Source: Spirochaetota bacterium (GTDB taxonomy: Bacteria > Spirochaetota > Spirochaetia > CAKZLE01). From it: DNA of 64,000 nucleotides. This document shows, piece after piece, positions 19,232 through 28,284 of the stretch. The first letter of the stretch is position 1, and each line of letters starts with the position of its first letter. Where the stretch lies: positions 3,150 through 67,149 of the forward strand of contig JBNJDX010000001.1 of assembly GCA_051745285.1 (NCBI GenBank). Reading direction: 5' to 3'. A program made the position numbers and the translations under genes. The notes under the pieces are model-generated. The model made no database searches. It saw only the letters and a program-made list of their open reading frames with translations, and was not told the DNA's origin.

Positions 19232-20869
19232 ATGCGAACGCGCATGAGCATACAAAACAGAGTATTTGCATGCATGGCAGCGGCAGTATTTCTGCTGCTT
19301 TCAGCTGTGACCCCCTTGTACAGCGCTGTGCCGGACAAAATACACTCTGCGACCGACCTGATCAACCAGCAGCAGCTCGTTACTGCGTTTGATACCAACG
19401 AAGAACCGCTCTCCTTTCACCCTCACAAGTCCACCAACATCAACAGTGCCCAGATTTTTACCGCAATCACTGAAGGGCTGGTAGTGTATGATCCAGAAAC
19501 AATGCAACCGATACCGGGAAACGCTTCTTCGATCACTCCCTCTGACGATCAAAGAACATGGACAATCAAAGTCAGGAGGAATGCCCGCTTCAGTAACGGA
19601 GATAAGATAACGGCAAAAACCTATCGCGACTCATGGCTCCACATGCTTGCACCTGACAACCCGGGGGATATGGCAAGCCTTTTGGATATGGTCAAAGGCG
19701 TGAAAAAATATCGAAAAGGATTGAACAATGACCCCGCATCAGTCGGGATCCGTCTCAAGGATCTATACACCCTCGAAATTGAACTGATCACACCTTCACC
19801 CTACCTGATGAAAATCCTCTGCCACCATGCCTTTGCCCCTGTACACCCGTACAACCTCACTGAAGAGGGCAAACCAAACCCTGACAATTTTATCAGCAGC
19901 GGGCCGTTCACCATCTCTGAGCACTCCGATGAACAGCTCTTTTTTGAACAGAATCCCCATTACTGGGACAGTTCAGCGGTGAAACTGGAATCAATTCGTG
20001 TTGAGCTGCGTCAGTCATCAATGCAGCTCGTTTCTGAATTTTCTGAGGGACTCGTCCACTGGTCGGAGACATACCTGGATATTTCGCTCCTGCTTGATCG
20101 GGACCACCTCCAGGTGTTTCCTGAATATTCAACAAGTTTTTTCTATTTTTCAGCGGAGAGGGGCCCGTATGCTGATCCTGAAGTAAGGCGCGCTATGGCT
20201 CTGCTGATACCATGGGACGAAGTCCGCGGCGCATCAGCTTCAGTCTTTAAAACCGATTCTCTCGTGCCTCAAGACTATTCGTATCATGGAAACAACGGTA
20301 TTACCGAGCGCGATCGTCAGGAAGCCATGCGTTTGCTCAGGCGTTCCGGACATCCTGAAGGTGAAGGCCTGCCGTTGATGGAAATTGCAATCTATCCGAA
20401 CGCGCGTCTCGAGGAGATGACCGACATCATTACCGATGTGTGGAGTCGGGAGCTAGGTATTACCATCGTCATAGATGTGGTACCCTTTTCCTACTACATT
20501 GATAAGACCGATCACCCCTATGCAATGGCGTACTTAACCTGGATAGGTGACTTTTATGACCCCTACAGCTTTCTGAGCCTCTGGACTTCGGACAGTTCTT
20601 TTAATCCGGGTTCTTACAGCAACAGTGAATATGATGCACTTATCGAGAACGCGCTCAGACAGGAAAATGAGGAAAAGCGGTATGAGACATTTGCTGAAGC
20701 TGAGCAGCTGCTTCTTGATACCGCCGCTGTTATTCCCATCTCTCACGGGGTTTCAATAAATTTTGTGGACACTGATGTTCTTAAGGGCTGGTATCCTAAT
20801 CTCCTGAACATTCACCCCTTCAAACGTATGAGGCTTGATCCCTCAGGAGATACGTCCCAGAGGCTCTAG
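19232..20869 (+). CDS. ABC transporter substrate-binding protein, family 5 (Opp/Dpp-like)
   Basis: 545 aa. Signal peptide, and typical SBP_bac_5 length and motifs (FSNGDKITAKTYRDSW). No cognate permease or ATPase genes adjacent. Confidence 0.85.
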   Translation: MRTRMSIQNRVFACMAAAVFLLLSAVTPLYSAVPDKIHSATDLINQQQLVTAFDTNEEPLSFHPHKSTNINSAQIFTAITEGLVVYDPETMQPIPGNASSITPSDDQRTWTIKVRRNARFSNGDKITAKTYRDSWLHMLAPDNPGDMASLLDMVKGVKKYRKGLNNDPASVGIRLKDLYTLEIELITPSPYLMKILCHHAFAPVHPYNLTEEGKPNPDNFISSGPFTISEHSDEQLFFEQNPHYWDSSAVKLESIRVELRQSSMQLVSEFSEGLVHWSETYLDISLLLDRDHLQVFPEYSTSFFYFSAERGPYADPEVRRAMALLIPWDEVRGASASVFKTDSLVPQDYSYHGNNGITERDRQEAMRLLRRSGHPEGEGLPLMEIAIYPNARLEEMTDIITDVWSRELGITIVIDVVPFSYYIDKTDHPYAMAYLTWIGDFYDPYSFLSLWTSDSSFNPGSYSNSEYDALIENALRQENEEKRYETFAEAEQLLLDTAAVIPISHGVSINFVDTDVLKGWYPNLLNIHPFKRMRLDPSGDTSQRL

Positions 20870-21211
20870 TTCCAGGGATGTGCTCATCCATCCACGTGTT
20901 GTAGAACTGTTTAGAACAACACAGCCTCGTAACGGCAGTTTCATTCTGGTAGATACACCGCTACAACATCCGAAAAAACATCTCCCCACGTGAATCGGTC
21001 AGTCCTTGTATTGTGACCTGCAAAAAAAACAGGCTACGCAGTAGTCACTTCCTTACAGCACAGCGGATAAACAAGGTTCTTCCTCGTCCTGGTTTCGGTC
21101 AGCGCACGTGAACTAGGAGTTCCTCTCCTGCGGCACAGTTCACACGCACCTGTATCGGCATTCCCAGGGAAATATGCGCTGTGAAGGGACAAAGTGACAT
21201 CATCGTTTTCC

Positions 21212-22741
21212 TCACAATCCCCTCCCGTAGAGTTCAACCATCTCCCGAAACCGCGCAGCCAACTGCTCGTCTGCTGCCCCGGGAAGAAGACGCCATGTCC
21301 AGTTCTCCTCCCCCACAGTAGCAGGCTTGTTCATACGGCAATCGCCCCCGAGCTCCAGCAGGTCCTGCATGGGAAACACTGTATACCTGGCAGCAGAACG
21401 CATAAGCAGGCGCATCATAGACCAGACAATATCCTCATCACCGCGGGCAAGGTAACGGCGGACTAAGTCCCTTTCCCCTTCAGGCAGCTTTGTATACCAG
21501 CCAGCTGTTGTATCATTATCGTGTGTGCCGGTGTAGGCAACACAATTGTGCCCATAGTTGTGAGGAAGAAACGCGTTCGTAGGATCAAGCTTTCCCGGTT
21601 CTACCCAGTCGAACGCAAACTGTAATACTTTCATACCGGGAAGATTATGTGAATCTCGTAGCTTTTCGACATCGGGAGTGACGACACCCAGATCCTCTGC
21701 GATAATCGGCAGTTCGCCCCGATGCTGTCGAATAGCGGAAAACAGTTCTTCCCCGGGAGCAGGAACCCACTGTCCTCGCTCGGCAGTCTTCTCTCCTGCA
21801 GGAACCTCCCAGCAGGCAGCAAACCCTCTGAAATGATCAATTCTGATAATATCAGAGAGCAGTAAAGCCGCGTCTATTCGTTGCAGCCACCAGGCAAAGT
21901 GCTCTTTCCTATTCTCCTCCCAGTCATACACAGGAGTGCCCCACAACTGTCCGGTGCTGCTGAAAAAGTCAGGCGGCACCCCTGAAATTGCTGAAAACGA
22001 GCCTGCATGGTCGGTTTTAAACAACTGCAGGTGAGCCCAGACATCGGCACTGTCAGCAGCAACAAAGATCGGAATATCACCGATTATTTCGATTCCAAGG
22101 TTATTGACGTAGTTTCTCAGTGCCTGCCACTGGGTAAAGAAAAAATACTGCATTACCCTTCTTTGCTGTATATCCTGCTGCTTTTCAGTCTGCCAGCGTT
22201 CCAGGGCTTCCGGTTTGCGGAATGCGATATCCTCTTCCCACACCTCATACCAGCGGGAATCCTGATATGCTTCACATAAACTGATAAACAAGGCGTAATC
22301 ATCGAGCCAGTGACGATGCTGAGTGCAAAACTGTTTGAACGCAGTACGTTCCTCACTGCGCTCTTTGTGGTCAAGTTCTGTAAGAAACCGGTTGGCAGCT
22401 AAGCGCAGGATACGCATTTTCCACTGTTCTACCTGTTGGAAATCAACCCAACCATCAGGGAACTGCGGATGAGAGGCAAGTTCTTCTGCCGTCAACAGGC
22501 CTTGCTCGTGCAGCAGTTGAGCACTGATGAGCAGTTCATTACCAGCGAATGAAGAGCGGGCGGCATAGGGGGAGTTTCCATATCCTGTCGGACCGAGGGG
22601 AAGCAGCTGCCACAGTTTTGCTCCAGCCGCCGCAAGAAAGTCAGCAAACACGTACGCTTCTTTTCCCAGATCACCGATTCCAAACGGTCCGGGAAGTGAT
22701 GTTGGGTGTAATAACACACCTGCAGCTCTTTTTCGTTTCAT
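21212..22741 (-). CDS. malQ: 4-alpha-glucanotransferase (amylomaltase, GH77)
   Basis: 509 aa. N-terminus AGVLLHPTSLPGPFGIGDLG and RIDHFRGF catalytic region. Confidence 0.9.
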   Translation of the reverse strand: MKRKRAAGVLLHPTSLPGPFGIGDLGKEAYVFADFLAAAGAKLWQLLPLGPTGYGNSPYAARSSFAGNELLISAQLLHEQGLLTAEELASHPQFPDGWVDFQQVEQWKMRILRLAANRFLTELDHKERSEERTAFKQFCTQHRHWLDDYALFISLCEAYQDSRWYEVWEEDIAFRKPEALERWQTEKQQDIQQRRVMQYFFFTQWQALRNYVNNLGIEIIGDIPIFVAADSADVWAHLQLFKTDHAGSFSAISGVPPDFFSSTGQLWGTPVYDWEENRKEHFAWWLQRIDAALLLSDIIRIDHFRGFAACWEVPAGEKTAERGQWVPAPGEELFSAIRQHRGELPIIAEDLGVVTPDVEKLRDSHNLPGMKVLQFAFDWVEPGKLDPTNAFLPHNYGHNCVAYTGTHDNDTTAGWYTKLPEGERDLVRRYLARGDEDIVWSMMRLLMRSAARYTVFPMQDLLELGGDCRMNKPATVGEENWTWRLLPGAADEQLAARFREMVELYGRGL

Positions 22742-22804
22742 AACTTGATTATACGTGAATCCTACCCCTTTGACTATCCCGGTGATTTTAAGTAGAATGA
22801 CCCC

Positions 22805-23338
22805 ATGAACTCTGTAGAAAAAAAATCCAATTCACCCGACAAAACTGAAGAGAAGCTGTTTCCCATAGGTGGCCACGTCGTTTACCCGCTGCAAGGTGTT
22901 GGCCTCATCAAGGATATACAAAGCAAGACGTTCAAGGGAAAAGAGATATTATACTATATCATCTACCTTGACGTAACAGATATGACCGTCATGATACCGG
23001 TCAAGAAGTCTGCAGAATTGGGTATCCGCGCCATCGTGAAGCCAAAAGAGGCGAAGAAAGCACTTGAGACTATCTCAGGTACGTATGAGCCGGTGACAAT
23101 AGACTGGAAAATGCGCTACCAGATGAACCTTGACCTGCTCAAAGAGGGGACGGTAACCTCTATTGCGTCAGTGGTTCAGGCCCTGTATCACCGCAGCAAG
23201 GTTAAGGAACTTCCTGTCCAGGAACGCAAGCTCTATGATAATGCATTAAAAATACTCACCGCTGAAATTTCTTTTTCGCTTGACAAACCTATGCTCGAAG
23301 TTGAACAGATGATCTTTGAGCGTCTTGAACGCGAGTAA
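22805..23338 (+). CDS. carD: CarD-family transcriptional regulator
   Basis: 177 aa. CarD_CdnL_TRCF N-terminal domain (GGHVVYPLQGVGLI). Conserved carD-ispD-ispF linkage. Confidence 0.85.
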   Translation: MNSVEKKSNSPDKTEEKLFPIGGHVVYPLQGVGLIKDIQSKTFKGKEILYYIIYLDVTDMTVMIPVKKSAELGIRAIVKPKEAKKALETISGTYEPVTIDWKMRYQMNLDLLKEGTVTSIASVVQALYHRSKVKELPVQERKLYDNALKILTAEISFSLDKPMLEVEQMIFERLERE

Positions 23339-23350
23339 CTGAAAAATCCT

Positions 23351-24043
23351 ATGAAGGCCGCTGCCCTTATTACCGCTGCAGGTCTCAGCAGACGCTTTAA
23401 CCATACATATACCCATCAGAAGAAAGAACTGATGCCTTTGGAGGGTTCTAGCGTTCTGCAGCACGCCGTTGAGGCGTTCCTTGAGCTCAGTGAAGTTGAA
23501 CATATCCTGGTAACCTACCCCATGGACGATACAGGTGAAAGCAGGGCACTTCTGGAACATATAGTCCGGAAACTCAAGCTTCCTGATCATATGCTGAGCT
23601 GGACAAAGGGTGGGAACACCAGACAGGAATCAGTCTACAACGGACTGAGAGACCTCGCCTCCCTCTCTCCCGAGATGGTTTTCATCCATGACGGGGCTAG
23701 ACCCTGGATCACCCCGACCCTTATCAAAGCTACCTTGGAGAAAGCTCTCAGCACCGGGGCTGCGGCCCCTGGCCTGTTTTCTCGGAACGCCTTGAAGACT
23801 ATTGATGATGATGGACATATCACTTCGCACCATTCTCGAGAGGCCATCGTAGAGGTACAGACTCCGCAGGTGTTCCGTTATGCCGAAATACTTGAGGCCC
23901 ACAGATTAGCCCAACAGAATAACAAAGAGTATATAGACGATACCGAGGTGCTTACTGACTGGGGAGGAACAGTCTTCATTGTCCCCGGTGATCCAAATAA
24001 CATAAAAATCACCTACTACCGTGATTTGGAGAGATTGTCGTGA
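23351..24043 (+). CDS. ispD: 2-C-methyl-D-erythritol 4-phosphate cytidylyltransferase
   Basis: 230 aa. N-terminal AALITAAGLSRRF and HDGARP motifs. Confidence 0.9.
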   Translation: MKAAALITAAGLSRRFNHTYTHQKKELMPLEGSSVLQHAVEAFLELSEVEHILVTYPMDDTGESRALLEHIVRKLKLPDHMLSWTKGGNTRQESVYNGLRDLASLSPEMVFIHDGARPWITPTLIKATLEKALSTGAAAPGLFSRNALKTIDDDGHITSHHSREAIVEVQTPQVFRYAEILEAHRLAQQNNKEYIDDTEVLTDWGGTVFIVPGDPNNIKITYYRDLERLS

Positions 24044-24540
24044 ATGTCGGTTTTGGTTGGGATTCCCATCGGCTAACCGCCGGTAGGGCGCTTATCCTTG
24101 GGGGAATCGAGCTTCCTGCATCCAAGGGTGAAGATGCACACTCAGATGGTGATGTGCTCACTCACGCCATTATTGATGCTCTGCTTGGAGCTGCAGCACT
24201 CGGGGATATCGGAACCCATTTCCCTCCGAGCTCCCCCCGTTGGAAAGATGCCCGCAGCCTTGATCTTCTTACCATTGTGTGCACACAACTGCGGTCTGAA
24301 GGCTTTGAAATAGGAAACATAGACGCCACGGTTGTACTGGAGACACCTAAATTCTCTTCCTACCGTGAACAGGTCCGTGATTCTCTGGCTTACGCAGCAC
24401 ACATATCTCCTTCCCAAATTTCAGTGAAAGCAAAAACAGCCGAGGGACTGGGACCAGTGGGAACAGGAGAGAGCATCGAAGCCTACGCACAAGTCCTGCT
24501 TGTCAGTGAGCCGGACCTTCCCCCTTCTGTCTGGGTATAA
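24040..24540 (+). CDS. ispF: 2-C-methyl-D-erythritol 2,4-cyclodiphosphate synthase
   Basis: 166 aa. GWDSHRL and HSDGDVLTHAIIDALLGA metal-binding motifs. GTG start overlapping ispD. Confidence 0.9.
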   Translation: MNVGFGWDSHRLTAGRALILGGIELPASKGEDAHSDGDVLTHAIIDALLGAAALGDIGTHFPPSSPRWKDARSLDLLTIVCTQLRSEGFEIGNIDATVVLETPKFSSYREQVRDSLAYAAHISPSQISVKAKTAEGLGPVGTGESIEAYAQVLLVSEPDLPPSVWV

Positions 24541-24570
24541 AAAAAGAGGAGAGACTCTGCTCTCCCCTCT
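24539..24570 (-). terminator. Terminator for the minus-strand KaiC-like gene
   Basis: AGAGGAGAGA (24545-24554), loop, TCTCCCCTCT (24561-24570), with one mismatch. In the minus orientation it is followed by a T run (A run 24539-24545 on plus). Confidence 0.55.
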
Positions 24571-24594
24571 CGACATGGTCTAGGATCCCAGTAA

Positions 24595-25302
24595 TCAGGA
24601 CTCCTCAGTTATCAACATCGTTTTTGGATCAAGTTCCAGTGCCAGCTTGGTCGGTTGACGTTCCCCGTGTACTTTTACTGCTGTCATGATGACATGGTCA
24701 CCCTGATGTTTGAGACCAATGAGCACATCAATAAGATCCTCAACCTTGCCAAGTTCGTTGGGCACCCCGTGTTCGTCAAATTTCTCCTCATCTGAAAGCG
24801 GGGAGACACTGAACCAGACTTCCAAATTCATCTGATTGGCAAATTCCTTAATCTTTTCCATCGAGTCGTGGTCTTCCACTGTCATTCTGTACCCGTCAAT
24901 GAAGACGGCATCAGCCGAAAATCCGCCATCTTTGATCATAGCAGTGAGACTGTTGAGAATTTGTTCTACCGACACATTTGATTGACTGAAGTTCATAATC
25001 ACACGATTCTTGGTGATTTCATCATGCACCTTCATTGATTCGCTCAGTTCGCGTTTCGTTGATATCTCGGAGAATATATCTTCATACCAGGAAATGACAT
25101 GATTCACATTCTGTGAGAAGGAAATATGGATTACGTGCTCGTTTCGAAACAGCTTGTCAGTTGCCATATGAACCAGACAAGCTGTCTTGCCAATACCGTG
25201 TTTCGCCGCTATTACGCCGAGATTCCCTTTCCCAAGCCCGCCGTGAATCGACTTCTCAAAAATTCTCAGCGGACTTCTCCTGTTTAATTCCTCTTTGACC
25301 AT
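24595..25302 (-). CDS. Single-domain KaiC/RecA-superfamily ATPase-like protein
   Basis: 235 aa. Walker A AKHGIGKT, Walker B-like AVFIDGY. GGAGGA SD 8 nt upstream. Confidence 0.55.
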   Translation of the reverse strand: MVKEELNRRSPLRIFEKSIHGGLGKGNLGVIAAKHGIGKTACLVHMATDKLFRNEHVIHISFSQNVNHVISWYEDIFSEISTKRELSESMKVHDEITKNRVIMNFSQSNVSVEQILNSLTAMIKDGGFSADAVFIDGYRMTVEDHDSMEKIKEFANQMNLEVWFSVSPLSDEEKFDEHGVPNELGKVEDLIDVLIGLKHQGDHVIMTAVKVHGERQPTKLALELDPKTMLITEES

Positions 25303-25408
25303 CTATGGTTTCCTCCAACTTTCTTTTGTACATTGTACCACAGCTTATTTCCCGGCTGCACTACCAATCGGTTTTTTCAAAACCGACTCCAGGATGCCTG
25401 TCAGGCTA

Positions 25409-27496
25409 CTATTTGCCCGATTCCTTTCGGCGTTTTTCCTGATACTCTTTTATCAGCTCTTCAGCAATGGACTGGGGAACTTTGCCGTACTTGGCAAATT
25501 CCATCGTATACTCAGCCTTCCCCTGTGTCAGGGATCTGATGACTGTTGAAAACCCAAACATTTCACTCAGGGGGACTTCAGCATCAACATTACAGAATGC
25601 TCCATCTTCAGCCGAACTAACAATCAGCCCTCTTCTTTGGTTTATGGTTCCGAAGATGTTCCCCTGGAATTCAGTCGGTCCTTCTATACTTACCTTCATG
25701 ATCGGTTCAAGAATAATCGGCTTAGCCCGTTCATAGGCCTCACGAAAGGCACCTACGGCAGCCGTCTGGAAAGCCTGATCAGAGGAGTCCACGGCATGGG
25801 ACTGCCCGTCTTCGAGGGTTGCTCGGATATTGACAATCGGAAACCCGATAAGGGTCCCTTTATCCATGGAAAGCTGGAAGCCCTTGTCACACGCCGGAAT
25901 ATATTCGGTGGGGATAGCCCCTCCCTTAATCTTATTCACAAATTCGTAGTTGCTCTCCTCATTGGGTTCAATGAAACCGGCTACTCGGGCAAACTGCCCC
26001 GAACCACCGGTCTGCTTCTTGTGTGTATAATTAAAGTCTGCACGCTGGCTGATTGCCTCGCGATATGCAACCTGGGGCTGGCCGGTCTCGACTTCTGCCT
26101 TGTACTCACGCTTCATGCGCTCGATATAGACTTCGAGGTGCAGCTCACCCATTCCCTGAACAATAGTCTGATTCGATTCAGGATCAACATAGGTTCTGAA
26201 AGTCGGATCTTCCTTGGTGAAGCGATTAAGCGCCTTGGCCATGTTGTCGGCAGAGCTCTTGTCAACCGGGCTCACAGCAAGCGTAATAACCGGGTTAGGT
26301 ACATACATACTGGTCATTGAATAGTTCAAGTCCGGGTGACAGAAGGTATCGCCGGAAGCACAGTCAATGCCGAACAATGCGGCGATATCACCGCTGCCGG
26401 CCTCAGCGAGATCTTCCATGCTGTTGGCGTGCATCTTAACAAGCCTCCCAACCTTGAAGCGCTTCCTGGAACGGGAGTTCACCAGTTCAGCTCCCTTTTT
26501 GATCATTCCCTGATAGATGCGGATATAGGTAAGCTGTCCGTACTGCCCGTCTTCCAGCTTGAAGGCAAGCGCCACAGTCTTCTTATCGTCCCCCGGAGAG
26601 ACAATTACTTCAGTCTCATCGTTGTCGAGGTCCAATGCTTTGTTGACAACCTGAGTTGGATTGGGGAGATAGTCTACCACTGCGTCCATCAGGGTCTGCA
26701 CTCCCTTGTTTTTATAGGCAGAACCCATAAATACCGGAGTAAGATCAAGTGACAACGTTCCCTTGCGTACAGCGTTCTGAATCAACTCTTCGGTCACCTC
26801 TCCCTCAAGCATGGCTTCCATCAGCTCATCCGAAATCATTGATAGCGCATCAAGCATCTCTTCACGACGCTCTTCAGCCTCTTTCTTCAGACTCTCTGGA
26901 ATCTCTTCATATCGAAGAATGCCGCCTTCTGGACCGTCGAAGTAGATAGCCTGCATAGTGACCAGGTCTACTAACCCCTCGAGCTTGTCCTCAAGCCCGA
27001 TGGGAATCTGCATCAGCACTGCATTATGACCAAGTTTGTTTATCAGCTGGTCTTTCACTTTATACGGGTTTGCTCCGGTGCGGTCGCACTTATTGATAAA
27101 GGCAATCCTCGGCACGTTGTAGCGCTTCATCTGCCGGTCGACGGTAATGGACTGAGACTGTACTCCGCCCACTGAGCAGAGCACGAGCACTGCTCCGTCA
27201 AGTACGCGCAATGAACGTTCAACTTCTATAGTAAAGTCAACGTGCCCGGGCGTATCAATAATATTGATCGCATAATCTTTCCACGAAACATTGGTTGCAG
27301 CAGAGGCAATAGTAATGCCGCGCTCACGCTCAAGCTCCATAGAATCCATGGTAGCTCCGACACCATCTTTTCCCCGCACCTCATGGATCGCGTGTATTCG
27401 ATGGCAGTAAAACAGCATACGCTCGGTGAGTGTTGTTTTACCTGAATCGATATGTGCACTAATACCGATGTTCCGCATTTTGCTTAATTCTGGCAT
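25409..27496 (-). CDS. fusA: Elongation factor G paralogue
   Basis: 695 aa. G1 [10 protein letters not shown]3 DTPGHVDF, G4 NKCD. Not in a str operon context. Confidence 0.95.
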   Translation of the reverse strand: MPELSKMRNIGISAHIDSGKTTLTERMLFYCHRIHAIHEVRGKDGVGATMDSMELERERGITIASAATNVSWKDYAINIIDTPGHVDFTIEVERSLRVLDGAVLVLCSVGGVQSQSITVDRQMKRYNVPRIAFINKCDRTGANPYKVKDQLINKLGHNAVLMQIPIGLEDKLEGLVDLVTMQAIYFDGPEGGILRYEEIPESLKKEAEERREEMLDALSMISDELMEAMLEGEVTEELIQNAVRKGTLSLDLTPVFMGSAYKNKGVQTLMDAVVDYLPNPTQVVNKALDLDNDETEVIVSPGDDKKTVALAFKLEDGQYGQLTYIRIYQGMIKKGAELVNSRSRKRFKVGRLVKMHANSMEDLAEAGSGDIAALFGIDCASGDTFCHPDLNYSMTSMYVPNPVITLAVSPVDKSSADNMAKALNRFTKEDPTFRTYVDPESNQTIVQGMGELHLEVYIERMKREYKAEVETGQPQVAYREAISQRADFNYTHKKQTGGSGQFARVAGFIEPNEESNYEFVNKIKGGAIPTEYIPACDKGFQLSMDKGTLIGFPIVNIRATLEDGQSHAVDSSDQAFQTAAVGAFREAYERAKPIILEPIMKVSIEGPTEFQGNIFGTINQRRGLIVSSAEDGAFCNVDAEVPLSEMFGFSTVIRSLTQGKAEYTMEFAKYGKVPQSIAEELIKEYQEKRRKESGK

Positions 27497-27873
27497 ATTT
27501 TCCCTCTCTCTATGTAATAATAGGTTTTATTCATGTTCTCGTACCGTATCAATCGGACGCTGAACCCCCCAGCAAACGGTGGGTCCAGAGGCCTTTTGCA
27601 GTAGCTATCTTTGGTTGAATATGATCCCGGAAAGGTCTTAACTCAAACGCAGGTGCTCACAGACGGTCCGTAGTTGCACCAAAAAGATACCACTGGTATC
27701 GAGGAAGGAGTGTAGTACAGTTAGAATTTTTTTTCAATCCCTTCTCTATCAAATAGTTGCCCCTTTTCCCATGGAGAGCCGACTACCACTGCGTTCTCCA
27801 TGGACGAGCAAGCCGCTTGTGGTATACTATGGTACTCAGGCATGACTTTATCAAAAGGAAAAAGGAGTGTTAC

Positions 27874-28275
27874 ATGGCAACACTGTTTAGCAAAATTGTC
27901 ACCGGTGAAATTCCCTCGGTAAAGTTACACGAAGATGATCACTGCGTGGTAATCCTCGATCTGTCTCCCATAAACAAGGGGCATGCACTGGTTATCTCCA
28001 AACAGGAATATGAGACGATTATCGACTGCCCGGAAGCTGAACTCGGACATCTGATCTGTGTAGCAAGAACGGCTGCGCAACGGATGCAGCAGGTTCTGAA
28101 CATGGACGGTTTCAACATCATGATTAATAACGGCTCTGCTTCGGGTCAGGAAATTCCCCACCTGCACATTCACATCATACCGCGCTACCAGGGAGACGGG
28201 AAAACTCCGATTATGCAAAAAGATGCCTATGACACAGGAGAAATGGACCGTTACGGTGAACTGCTTTCCTTCTGA
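27874..28275 (+). CDS. HIT-family (HinT-like) nucleotide hydrolase
   Basis: Internal ATG27874 preceded by AAAGGAG. Histidine triad HLHIHIIPR. Confidence 0.9.
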   Translation: MATLFSKIVTGEIPSVKLHEDDHCVVILDLSPINKGHALVISKQEYETIIDCPEAELGHLICVARTAAQRMQQVLNMDGFNIMINNGSASGQEIPHLHIHIIPRYQGDGKTPIMQKDAYDTGEMDRYGELLSF

Positions 28276-28284
28276 AAGTTCCCA

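Noticed and set aside
21034-21237. 67-aa minus-strand ORF in the oppA-like/malQ gap
   Set aside because: It has no ribosome-binding site, overlaps the malQ stop region and has no motif. The region is kept only as unexplained non-coding sequence.
25637-26320. 227-aa plus-strand ORF (and 26336..26752) opposite fusA
   Set aside because: It is antisense to EF-G, whose GTPase motifs are unambiguous. Shadow ORFs.
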